From NCBI GenBank assembly GCA_964035545.1, contig OZ037766.1, positions 30,432,773 to 30,496,772 on the forward strand: a DNA stretch of 64,000 bases, written 5' to 3'. A program made the translations under genes and the position numbers. Every line of letters begins with the position of its first letter. Position 1 is the first letter of the stretch. Shown one piece after another: positions 1 to 12,723 of this stretch. Below the pieces are notes generated by a model. It worked only from the letters and a program-made list of their open reading frames with translations, was not told where the DNA came from and did not search any database. This DNA is from Bugula neritina. Lineage: Eukaryota > Animalia > Bryozoa.

Positions 1-1345
1 GGCTTTAGTATACATAAAATTAAATGTCAGGTATAAAAATATGCTGTTTATAAATACGGTGGAGTGACAGGTGGGCGATGAATTGCCAATTATTCTATTG
101 AAACTGCCAGCTTTTTTATTATAAACAAACTTTGAGGTGATTAATTTGCAATCTGGCTATAATGTAAAATCTGGGAAATGCTTTACGCGTCCCTTAAAAC
201 ATGCTACCTCAAACTGGTGCAAACATACACTGCCCTATATTGATATTAAACAGGATTACATTGACTAAAATCAGAAAGCAACCTGGAAGGTACTGAACAC
301 TCATCTTTTACCCACAACCCAGAATACAAGAGGTATAACCCCAATATGAGAAACAAACGGGCAAAATACAGGTATATGCAGACATTTGAGTTGTTTTCAG
401 TTGGTGTTTAATTAGATTTGTCATTACTTAGTAATACTTCACTTCTTAAAGAGAAGAAAACTCTAGTTTATAAAAAGCTAACTTAGCCTATACCTGTTCA
501 GGTTGTCATGCTTATAGTCACAAAAAACATGCACCTTGTCCCAAAAAATGGGAGTTAACAAGTGGGCTATTTACTTTACTTCAATTGATATTGGGAACAT
601 AGCTTGAGAGTTCTAAAGTGGTGCATATGGGATTTAACATAATGCCCTTCCTAATATGACTATCCTAGGCAAGAATGAGAACTAACCTAACTGCACTGTG
701 TATTATGTAGCCTATACAGTTTCAAGGCTATCTGAATCTATAAACAACATGCAGCACTAATCTTATTCAATAAACTCTACTAGCTTTAACATAATGTTAC
801 GGCATACTGAATTAATGTGACAGGTGACAGCTAGCAACACATGCTCTTAAAACCACAGTGAATAGTCACCTACAATGCTCAGGTGGTATTAATTAAAGTT
901 TTTAACCCTGGAAACACATGCATCCAACTATGGATTTTGAGTTCTCGGTATAAACAAATGCAAATGAATGTCTAACAGCAGGTATTAATTCTAAAAAGTC
1001 TGCCCTGTGTTAAACTCCTTATTTAACTCGGTGCCATTAATTGAATTTAAGTTTTTTAAAGTGGAAATAGCCGACAAAAAACATAAAAATGTTCAGTAAA
1101 ATCTAGACATAAAGTTGAATTTATGGGATTCAAAAGTAAAACATAAATTGCAACAAAAACAAGCACAATTTTTCATGTAACCTTCTTCAAAGCAAAACAA
1201 ATATGTTTCAATTAAATTGACAATAAAAAAAGGAAAAAGTTTAAACAGAGCATTGACCTGGTTTAAGAGGTTTCAAATAATGAAAAGGAGTGTTCATTTT
1301 ATCACCACCTACAATAAAAATACATTGACACTCAAGATAAACCAC

Positions 1346-1423
1346 CTGTATTCTATGCTTGGGAATGAGTTGGAGTGACTGGGCCCACTCTGGAGGTTGA
1401 TATTCTTTCAACCTAAGAGTCAT
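1346..1423 (-). CDS. D-cysteine desulfhydrase/ACC-deaminase-family paralog A, first coding exon only (gene runs off the left edge or is a relic)
   Basis: The 78-nt exon encodes MTLRLKEYQPPEWAQSLQLIPKHRIQ and ends at a GT donor (1344-1345). It has the same length and nearly the same sequence and 5' flank as exon 1 of copies B and C. No exon 2 (KRDD motif) was found in 1-1345. Confidence 0.7.
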
Positions 1424-2826
1424 CTTCTATATTCAAGTCACTCACTCTTCTCACTCTGTCTTAATCTACAAATCATTCTGAAACTTGATGAAATGATTTT
1501 AAATAACTCTCACCTCTCCAATAATATTACAATTAAAAACTTCTAGCCTTACTCAATTACTCTAGTTGTATGACTTGTAGCAAAAAAAAGTATAGCACTG
1601 TAACATTAACTACCAACTATAGACATGGTCTCTATCAGTCATAACTTCTACTAATAGTAATAATTGTACTATTAATTATTATACTTTGTATTCAAGTATA
1701 ACTATAATTATAGCTATAAGTATTAAGTATAACATTAACCATGAGTTTAATTAATATAAACTGAATATAATAATTAAAACTATAAGCTACAAGTTATTAT
1801 TATAAGTATCACATTTACTAAACTCAATCACAGTCTACACTCTACAGTTACAATGTAATCATCATTATTATTAAATTGAATGATTATTGTGATGATTATC
1901 AATATCATTATCATTATGAATGAGACTGCAACTGAAACTATAGGCATAGCCATAGGCATAGCTATGGTATTATTGCATAGGTATTAATTTTAAAAGCAAC
2001 AACAAAGATAAGTGATAATCATCATCATATTGATCATCACAATTACCATTACTATTACTATTGCTATTACAAATTATTCGGTATTTATATTTGTAATTCA
2101 GCAATACTAATCATAATAAATAAATTAAAACATTAAATAATAAATATATGATTATGATCTTCAATCAGAATTACTATTACCAATAGTATTAGTAGTACTA
2201 TTAGTATTAGTAATACTAATACTATTAAGTATTAGCATAACATCAAGTCATCAAGTTTAACATCCAGTTTTATTGCAGAATGGCAAATAAACAATCACCC
2301 AATTCATATTAAAATCATACAGCTAAGTTACACCTACACTATGAGTATGACTATCACTGGGAGAGTGTGATCAACTACAGCTAGTCCCAAGACCTGGTCA
2401 TAGTGCAACTAGAGAAGATTTCAATGACAATAGTTCAAATAGTAACAGTAACACTATGACTAACAGTAACAGTCAAAAAAATTTGAACAACTTGAACTAC
2501 TTGAGTTTGAGTTTAGCTTCAAGTTCAACTATTAGTATTTGACCCTACATTTGTTACGATTTATATTTAAATGTTATACTAACAGCCTACCAATTGATTT
2601 AAGCTTTAGAATTAGTAGTCTAATAGTCTTTTAGTGCACTGACATTGAATTTACTCAGTGGGGTAACTGTAAGGAAAAAGATACACATTGTAAGCAGAGT
2701 GATATACATACCCTTTAAGGCTTCAACCCTTGAATGTATGAGAAATGTATCTAAACTAATCCAACCTGACATTGCAAGTTTTGCAAACTTTAGATAAAGA
2801 GTTGCCTCCTCTGACATCAAATTTAA

Positions 2827-2905
2827 CCCAAGGGGTGAAGTTTTTCTACAATCTGCAGCACAATGCTACGAGTCACTGAGTATAGTAATCGTGGACACCT
2901 CAGGG
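2827..2905. mobile_element. Possible miniature piggyBac-type (TTAA) element
   Basis: TTAA (2823-2826) + CCCAAGGGGTG ... CACCTCAGGG + TTAA (2906-2909). The imperfect TIRs have CCC/GGG ends and are flanked by TTAA. Only one copy is seen. Confidence 0.3.
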
Positions 2906-3570
2906 TTAAAGGTCGCGTACAAAAACTGCACTCAGTGACATAGCGCTTTACGCTGCATCTAGCTATTTCCACAATCAGTGCACAGGTTCAAGAAATACTA
3001 TACACATTAAAATAAAGAATAGGGGTTTTCTTCCCAATCTACAACCATTTCATCAAACAAAAACCAAATGACTTTCATTTTGCTCTAGCGTACAGCATTC
3101 AAAGCTGATCATCTTTAAAGTTCACTGCAACATTTTTTGGTTTTCATTTGGCTTCAAAATAAAAAGAAGCCAAAAGAATCTTGTGTACAATAATGAGCAT
3201 TCACTGCAACAGTAAATAATTTTATAACTTATAAGGATTACAAAACTATAATATTATAATTGAAAGCAAAAGAAAACCAGAAAATATAGAGAAGCTTTTA
3301 TTACAGACTTAATAGTACAGTAGGCTATCAAAAAATATTTAGCAGAGACAAATCTAATAACAGTGAAGTTGTATACATCATTAAGGCTGAAACTAAAATA
3401 TATATCCAAGCACAAAATTAGGCAATTTAATTCTGTACCATCATAGAAGGAGAAATTATTTCATTATAAGAATAATATGCTATGGTGTATCACCTCAAGA
3501 AGCATTATAATCACACTAGAATTAGGTCTATTCTATAAGGCTATGATTTTTTCAACTGTCCTTTATTGGT

Positions 3571-6500
3571 TTAAGACATAAATGTGAATTTGCTCCTTGT
3601 TAAATAAGGCAATAGTGGATTTATTTTTGCCTCAGACTGCAAAGATGGCAAACCTCCTACAAATAACAACAGAAAACGGAGAAATTTAGTTGTAAGAATT
3701 TAATGCATATAGGTCTGCATTGACCTGCCAAGATGAGTCTGGATGCAAACAATGGGAATGGTTAATTTACCCTTAGAGTTTAGTCAATTGTCTGAATATG
3801 TTGTATACAAGGGATCATGAGATTTCAAAATAATTTAACAGTGGTTAATATTTAAAAATGCATCAATTCAATTTGAAGAACTCCAACCTGTATGTAGAAA
3901 TAGGATCCGCTTTCCTTTGAACACTTCTGGTTTATTTTGCATCAACTCCTTGAGTTTGTTTGCAGCTTTAGCAGTGTATATGTTGTCTAATACAACTCCA
4001 GTTTGTTCAGCTGATTTGACCATCAGCTCTACAATTTCATGACAGACTTTTACTTTGCGAGAAGAAATAAGGAGCTTACAACTTCATATGTGTTAAGTCT
4101 TAAATAGTTATTAAGTTTATTATAAGCAGTAACCAACAAAGTAAATATTAAATGTTTTGTAGCTTATCAGAGTGCCATCTTTAGAAAGTTACCAAGCTGA
4201 CACGGTAAATTCTCCCCATGTTCTGGAGTAATTTGGTTAAAGTAGAGAGTGACAACATCTTCAACGGTGACATCCTGAAGGCCAACTTCATTTAGATGAT
4301 CTTGTACAATCTTTCTATAATTATCTCTTTTTAATTTGCTAACTACAATAGTATGGAGTCTACAAAATAAACAGTGCTTGTACAATTCCATATAATGAAG
4401 GTTTAATGTAAAGGTCTGCCGTCCCTTTCAATGTTATATTATGTTCACCAAACATTTTTTTACATATGCATACTCTAGCTATTACTACAAATTGCACAAT
4501 AATATGAGCATCTGAATAACAGCTCGATCAAATTTGTTTGCATACAAGAGTAACTATGGTGCATAATGATTGTAACAAACCTGTAAGGCATTCCACACAG
4601 GTAGTTGGCTACAGCTAGACCACAAATGGTCCTTCCTCCTCCAAATGCACATAAAATGTCATCAAATTCTACACCCTAAAATAATCATAACATTTGTACA
4701 TGTGCATTCTTATAATATTTATATGAGAACAGTTTGACAGATAAAAACGTTATAGGAGTAAAACATTTGTTTAAGTCCTGAAATTAGTATCAGGAGATTA
4801 AGCATAGCATTATTGGTTTATATAATAATATTATAATATGAATGAATTTTCTATATAATATGAAAGCCAAATAGTTGCATGTTGCATAACTAAAAATAGA
4901 TTCTACATAAACCTGTGGGTTTAAAACAAATATTATGTGTATTGTATATTTTATTATTTTGTTCAAAAGTATGTAACCATCATAATTATAATACAGACCA
5001 GTAGATTCTTGCCATCTATTCTCCTGATAACAAAACTGAACATATTTTCAAAGTAATTGTTATATATTACATAGCCACTTGATTTCTATAAAATAAATAT
5101 ATAAAACATCAACAGACCTGCTGTCTAATATCCTCAAAACATTGAATGTAGCCCCACATTCCCATGTCCTTAGATCCGTTTGCACAGATGAGGTGAGACG
5201 TTTCCCCTTTCTCCTTTCTATGATGCAATTAATGAAGTAAGAAATAGTTATTAAAACTACAGATGTCTATGGGACAAAAGCAACATCGTGTTCTCATTTT
5301 ATAAATGTAACAAGCTACAAACTGAAACTATTTCCCAATTCATACAATGCAGAATAAAATTTTCATTTCATTTTAACCAGTTAATATTATATTGAAAAAA
5401 CTATTTTTGAAAATTTATACAGTGGGTAAAAAGGAAAGCACATCACTTTTATTATGGTTACTTACAGTGTTATAATAACTAATTTACAAAGATATCTGTG
5501 GCTTACTCTATCTGTTTGGCCAGCTCTTGCATTTTAACCTCAATAAATTCCACATAGTCAGCATCAGCTGGAACAAGGTAAAAATTGGCTCCAAATAGTC
5601 TATCCAGGAATAAATTGCCATCAAATTTAAGATCTGAAACTTGCTGCAAAAGAATGACCAGTATTACCTTCGCATCATTGTAAAAATATATGATACGATA
5701 CTACCATGTGCAATTTCAGAACAATAACAATATAAGTTGGTATGGTAGGATAAGTGTTGTCAATAACTATGTTTATAGCCACACATTGAATCAGTTGATG
5801 TTATTTCAATGTGCTTTTGCTTCTTAGCTTATGCCTATTGTTCTTAGCTGCTTTTCTGTAACAGCAATTTTATAGCTATTTACTTATGCGTGCTACTTTA
5901 TGTTTTTTCTTTTTTTTTGTTCTTCATTCACTTGCTTGTAATATTCAGTGCAATAAAGAGCTCTGTCAAATTATAACTCTAACAAAGGTCAAACTATCAC
6001 TACGCTGTATAAGGCTCCGTTGTCACCGTATATCACATTTTGCTCTAAAATGAAAACAATGTTATTGAAAACAAAATTAACAAAGCCCTTATAGTACCAA
6101 GTTATAAAAAAGCAATGAGTTTATTTTTTATTGGCTTAAAATGTATTACTTTTATACAGAAAGGTTTTTAAGGAAGCTGCTCAAATTTATTTTACTATAT
6201 CAATTGGAAAAATTCTTTTTAAAAACGGGACTTTTTTCATGCCTTTTGCAAAGCTGTTTAATTCTGCCAGATATAACTGTATAAAATTGGGCATGCTGAG
6301 ATTCATTTTAATACAATGATTTACAAGAGATAGTCAGTCACCAGTTTTCATACAGGCATCAGTGGATAATAAAATGAACCATTATAAGCTGGTGGCTAAG
6401 AAAACAGACAATGTGGTGATTTTAAGCCACAGCTGAACTTAAAATTAGAATAACAGCTGCAGTTGGTTTTTCAGTTTTATGATCACTTACTTTATAATTG

Positions 6501-8276
6501 TAACTTCCAGGGCTTGCACTTTAAGGCCTGATACACTGGTCCGTGTGGAATTATTGATTAACTAATATTTATTTAGAGTTTAAATAATTTTTTTCAGGCA
6601 GCAAACAAATTAGCGTGACATCACCGTGAAGATTCCTAAGAGAATTATATGTGGTGTTTTATAGATGACATCATTTTCACATCTTGCATATTTTAAATTG
6701 TGTTTTTTGATTTGAGTAACGCAGGATAACTTTGGCCTTCTTCCAATAAAACATTTGTATTCTTTCACTATAGAGGGACGGAATAGGTTCTAGAATCTAG
6801 ATGCTACAAATTTGTTACAAGTGCTTATAGCTATTGACGGACATTGAGCAATTATGAAGACATTATCTTTGTAATTAAAACAGACACAGACTGAAGAGGA
6901 GCTTATAGTATTAATAAATTAGAGCTTAGTCAAGCAGATAATACTAGATTATGGTCACAAAGTAGCTGTTACGAAATAATATTAGGATTGCTGCATTCAA
7001 TACGCTTCATGTCTAAAAGGCTAAACAACCTGTTAAATCAAAATCAAAACTGTAATTATATGAATAGTGTAGAGTCAGAAAACACAAACCTTAGCTGGAG
7101 TTCTAAGGAACAGATGACTTTGTAGCCCAAGTTCTGCACAGATAGCTGCTACAGCTCTGCAGTGGTTACTATGCACTGCCCCAGCAGTAATTATATGTTT
7201 ATGTCCTTTGGCTATAGCATCGGCTATAATAAATTCCAGCTGCCTCACCTGAAACACCACATGGAGTTTAAAAGCTGTTATTTCACAACTATGCCATTTA
7301 ATGAAAACAAAGCACTGTAATAACGTAAGCAACATGTTAATTTATTTAAGCTTCTTGAAAATCTTAAAGAAGAATCTGAATAAATACGCAAGTAAAAGCT
7401 TTGCTAGCCATCAACAACTCCACACTCCAGCTCCTATAATTTTGCCATACACTATAAAGAAGGGCATGCAGATGCTTTCAAACTAGGATACAGATGGGAT
7501 GTAGAGTGCAACTTCCAGAAGCTGATATTTAGTACTCAGGTATCAAAACCAAGTGCTACTATTGCAAAAATAATTACTATTATTATAATAGCGCTTTCAG
7601 AGCTAAAAACAAAGCTAAAACAATTATTTTTGATTATAAACTTAACAGGTTAATTTGAAAAACCGGGTTGCAAAGCCTTTAAAAGGCCATATGATGAAGT
7701 TGAGTGACCCTCGTAAGAAGTAAAATCAAATATTTCACATTTGACAAACCTTGTTGCCAGTTAATACACTTCCTGTATAATCATCACGTTTTAGTAGAAC
7801 TTTGAATTCTTCAGGAGCATCTGGAAGCTTCCATTCTGTTATTGGAGTGACACCAGGTGCAGCTAGCTATAATAATTTATACCGTATGTTGTTTATAGAG
7901 AATCCTTACAAATTTGTGAGAAACCTATTTTTATTTATTATGTCAGCCCTTGCATCTGAACATATTCTGCTAATATTTAGTAAATCATGCACACCCTCTA
8001 GAGAAGCTATAAAATCACTACCTAGATTTTTAATATGTAATATTTTGTTTGAATGGCTCAACATTTACCTTTCACATACCCATCTGTTCCGAAAAATGGA
8101 CTCAAATTCATAGCTGTTTGCTATTTAAAGCATTATTCAAATAAGAAATGGTGGCGTTACAGAGTTTTCATAACACAGATAAGCATATACTAACTAACCT
8201 GCACTCGATACTTGGGAATGAGTTTGAGTGACTGGGCCCACTCTGGAGGTTGATATTCCTGTAACCTATGAGTCAT
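3571..8276 (-). CDS. D-cysteine desulfhydrase-like PLP enzyme (fold type II, ACC deaminase/DcyD family), paralog B, 359 aa
   Basis: Nine GT-AG exons in consistent phase: 8199-8276, 7750-7866, 7090-7248, 5507-5643, 5118-5217, 4581-4675, 4193-4359, 3888-4028, 3571-3656 (1080 nt, TAA). Motifs: KRDDYTG..GNK(PLP)VRQLEF, SNHCRA, GNL, DNIYTAKA, ILFLHTGG. Confidence 0.9.
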
Positions 8277-8607
8277 CTTCTATATTCAAGTCACTCACTC
8301 TTCCTTATCGTAATCTGCAAATTTTTTGGAGTTAGTGAAATAACTTTTTGGCAAATAAGTTTGATTTTGACACTTAGTATTTGTTTATCAACTTACCTAG
8401 AAAATGTCTATAGCAGTTTTGTGTAGACTGTGTTACCTCTAGCTCTATATAAAAGATGGGTGGGGCCTCCAGCTAAGCTGTTCCTCTGCTGGTGCCTCAC
8501 AGTGTTGGCTTTTAGGTTGAGTCCTCACTCTACACTCCAACACTTTTCTCATCTATGTATTAGTAATTGTTCCTTATCAACTCTCTTCTACTGCATTATA
8601 CTCAGAT

Positions 8608-11004
8608 GGTGACTAGTCAATATTCCGAAGGCCCATTAGTCCGAAGGTCCATTAGTCCGAAGGTCCATTAGTCCGAAAATTAGTACACATGATAGTAAAT
8701 AGCATCCTCACTGAGAATATCATTGATTTCATTCACAATCTAGTTTAAGTTCTTGCTCTGTTAAAGCTGTATGTGGGTGGCATGCGTGTTGCCTACTTGT
8801 GATTGTTTAGCCTGAGATTACACTATGACCAGAAAACAGCTGCATCATCTATCAACATTCCATTGCGGCTGCTTTATAAACAAAGTACACAGCAAGCTAT
8901 TCACTAGCCTGTCAGCTAACAGGCTTGTAATTAATAATGTAATAAAGAGCACATTTGCAGTGTATAAATCACTTATATTTTATAGAAAGTCTATAAAACC
9001 TATTGAAAATTTCAAAAAAGTTGCTTTGAGGGACAGAAAGATCTACAACATGGTTTTTAAATTTTGATTCTATAGCACAATTAGGTGAGGTTTTATTTGG
9101 CTGGACTGAATTCTTATATACTAATAGTGTGGTCCCAGCAAGGTAGTTACAGCTAGAAGGTTGCCCTTATCTACATATCTTGTGGATATGTTTGGTTTGG
9201 TATATTATGGTGTGCAGCTTTGGTTATTTGATTTTAGAGTAGTGTCCAAGATGTTTATAATTTTTAGTCTTCAATGCATTTTTACAGATATCCCTAATTA
9301 AAGATATTTTTAATTGAAATAGATATATGTATAATTTAATTAATATAATAATGCAGTTTAGCAGCTTACAGATAATTGAAGAGATTAAATGTGATACAAA
9401 ATAATTAACTACCAAGCCAGATATTTGCTATTACATTCAATAGCAAAATTCTAAAACAAACCATTATTTTTTTGACGCTAACTTCAAATGCAACCTTTTT
9501 TTATATATATAATGTGTGTGTGTGTGTGTGTGATCTTCTCCACACACATACCTGCACTAGTATAGGCTACTCATAACTAAATGTAAATAGGTAAAATCTT
9601 CCTCCAAGTTTCGATTTAGGACTTAAGTTACTAGGGACTACCATGCCGGTGTTGTTTCTAGCAAACCATTGTAATTTTGCATATAGGATACACTGATGTT
9701 TGCTAAATATAATTTAAAAAATTCATTATAAATCCTTTTATCATTTATAAAATTTATTATTTATTTAATGTTGGAATGTGCTTCAATAGAATAGGTTAAT
9801 TGTAACTTTTTGTATTAGTTTGTTTATTATCTGTTTGTTTTTGGCTATTTTTATATAATTTACTGGCATTTAATTAGTATTACTTATTTTACAGTTAGTG
9901 TAAAAATGACAGGGGACTGTAATTCTATTCTAGCTACAGTCAGTCAGCTTATATAGGCCCTTAATGTTGACTATAAACTGAAAAACTAAAGTAGAAACAT
10001 GAAACCGGTAAAATTAAAGCCAAGTAAACATTTTGTGTCTACTGTACTGTATTTTTGTAAAAAATTACGGGCACCTCATAACTTATAAAAAAAGTTGCAT
10101 TTGAAGTTAGCGTCAAAACAATAATGGTTTGTTTTAGAATTTTGCTATTGAATGTAATATATAGTAAATCTCTGGCTTGGTAGTTAATTATTGGGTATCA
10201 CTTTTAATCTCTTTAATTATCTGTAAGCTGCTAAACTGCATTATTATATTAATTAAATTATACATATATCCATTTCAATTGAAAATATCTCTTTGTAATT
10301 AAAAATATCTTTAATTAGGGATATCTGTAAAAATGCATTGAAGACTAAAAATTATAAACATCTTGGACACTACTCTAAAATCAAATAACCAAAGCTGCAC
10401 ACCATAATATACCAAACCAAACATATCCACAAGATATGTAGATAAGGGCAACCTTCTAGCTGTAACTACCTTGCTGGGACCACACTATTAGTATATAGGA
10501 ATTCAGTCCAGCCAAATAAAACCTCACCTAATTGTGCTATAGAATCAAAATTTAAAAACCATGTTGTAGATCTTTCTGTCCCTCAAAGCAACTTTTTTGA
10601 AATTTTCAATAGGTTTTATAGACTTTCTATAAAATATAAGTGATTTATACACTGCAAATGTGCTCTTTATTACATTATTAATTACAAGCCTGTTAGCTGA
10701 CAGGCTAGTGAATAGCTTGCTGTGTACTTTGTTTATAAAGCAGCCGCAATGGAATGTTGATAGATGATGCAGCTGTTTTCTGGTCATAGTGTAATCTCAG
10801 GCTAAACAATCACAAGTAGGCAACACGCATGCCACCCACATACAGCTTTAACAGAGCAAGAACTTAAACTAGATTGTGAATGAAATCAATGATATTCTCA
10901 GTGAGGATGCTATTTACTATCATGTGTACTAATTTTCGGACTAATGGACCTTCGGACTAATGGACCTTCGGACTAATGGGCCTTCGGAATATTGCTCCGT
11001 CCCC
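8608..11004. mobile_element. Non-autonomous foldback Mutator (MULE)-like DNA transposon, 2397 bp
   Basis: Near-identical inverted arms at about 8608-9504 and 10084-11004 surround a ~580-bp spacer. Both ends carry subterminal 16-bp tandem repeats (CCGAAGGTCCATTAGT) and GG...CC termini. An exact 9-bp TSD TACTCAGAT lies at 8599-8607 and 11005-11013. No transposase ORF. Confidence 0.88.
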
Positions 11005-11791
11005 TACTCAGATACTCTCTTATATACCAGCATAGTATTTATACTCACACAGGCCACACCTACACTATACAAGTATTACTGTAGCCAAATTACTTAAGTT
11101 ATAGTTGTGCTCTCTCTCTCTCTTTCTCCTAAATACACTTGAGTGCTGACAAAAATATGCTTTAGCGCTAGCAAAACAGCGCTTTAACTTAATCTCGTTA
11201 AGTGAAACGCAGAGGCAATTAAGATTGCAACATAAACAGAATGCTTTTTTTGCAGGAAGCTCACTTGGGCATTTGGACTACACTTCCCTATATTAACTTC
11301 ATGGCAGGACTTCTATAGCAGGACTTCATTAGAATGTTGTTGTTATATATAGCCATGTGATGTTGTAGCACCTGCTTGCAAGGGGGGGGGGGTTGACACA
11401 TCTTTATCTATTTGGCATGTTGCCAAGTATTAAATGGGTCACAGGAGCTGCTATGGAAACATGTTTGACATTTGTGACCTTTTTTGTGTTTGTGGAGACA
11501 TCAAGAATGCAGTGTATATACTACTTTCTGCAAAAACAAATGCACTAATAATTATTAGTTTTATAACCCCATGAACTCTGGAACTGACTGAAATGTCATT
11601 AACATGAGCACAGAGTTTATTACAAAACAATATGGTTTGAGCCTTAAACAGTCTGTAGATAAAAGCAAATATATATAAATACTTTAATAACAGATAAATG
11701 TGGAGTAATCGAAATTTCTAAATATATAATGATGTCACAATGTCTGTAAATTATAATTTCTCTCATATTTTAGTTTTTGACATTATGTAGA

Positions 11792-11837
11792 ACATGCTTA
11801 GGGAGCATGCATTTTGTAGCATGCTCCCTCAGCATGT
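11792..11837. repeat. Short inverted repeat (19-bp arms, 1 mismatch)
   Basis: ACATGCTTAGGGAGCATGC ... GCATGCTCCCTCAGCATGT with an 8-nt loop. Confidence 0.6.
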
Positions 11838-12723
11838 CTCATTGACCTGCTGCAGCTTGAGTAGCAATGTTGTAGATCTTGTTGAATGCAATGTTAGGGA
11901 TGAATGAGTGCAGTGGTTTGGAGTTCTTGAGTTAGGGATTCAAAGTTCCAACCTAAACTCCCAACTCCAAATTTGAGAACCCTAAGTTACAGCACTCAGT
12001 CACTCTCAACTCTGGGCGTACAGCAATTTTCTTAAGTTAACAGGAAACACATAAAAGTAGTTAGGGTACTGTGCATATTTATAATTTTGACCAATGGGCT
12101 GCTTTTTTGACAAGGGCCCCTGCCTATCTTAATTCAACCCTGGGAGTTAGAGTGGAATAAATAGTGCAGAAGTATATATGACTGGAAACTTCTCCTGATC
12201 CATCTACTAGACTACAACTACTCCCTGCCATGGTTTAAACCTCCATTATTCTCTGTAATTACCAATTTCTTTTTAATATTGCATATTTTGACTAAGTATA
12301 AAGCTGAAACTTATTTAGGATACAATATTATGCTAACCTCACTTTCGTGCTGCAAGCAATTTTATAATTGTATATGAGCTTTTGAAAACCTAGTTTTTCA
12401 TCATAATGTAACAGAATATTCATGCATAAAATAAATTACCTATAAAGAACTAACAGCAAAAACTATTGAACATACTTGATAAAATAGTAGACTTTCTTGA
12501 AAAATATGTAGTAAAAAGTAAATCCAAAAACTATAAGCAGAATTATATGCAAAAACAAAAAGTCGTATAATAAAAATTTAGACAGTATATATTAGGAATT
12601 ATTTTATTAAAGCAGTATTAGTGTACACATAGAAAGCATTGTAAATGGTGAAACATAATATAAGCTTACACTAGGGCTTAGTGAATCCACAACTATGATT
12701 GTTTAAACTGTATCAAGTTAGTT

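Noticed and set aside
8825-10787. Identical 80-aa ORFs on opposite strands (8825-9067 and 10545-10787)
   Set aside because: They are mirror images within the transposon arms. They show no recognisable transposase or other motif.
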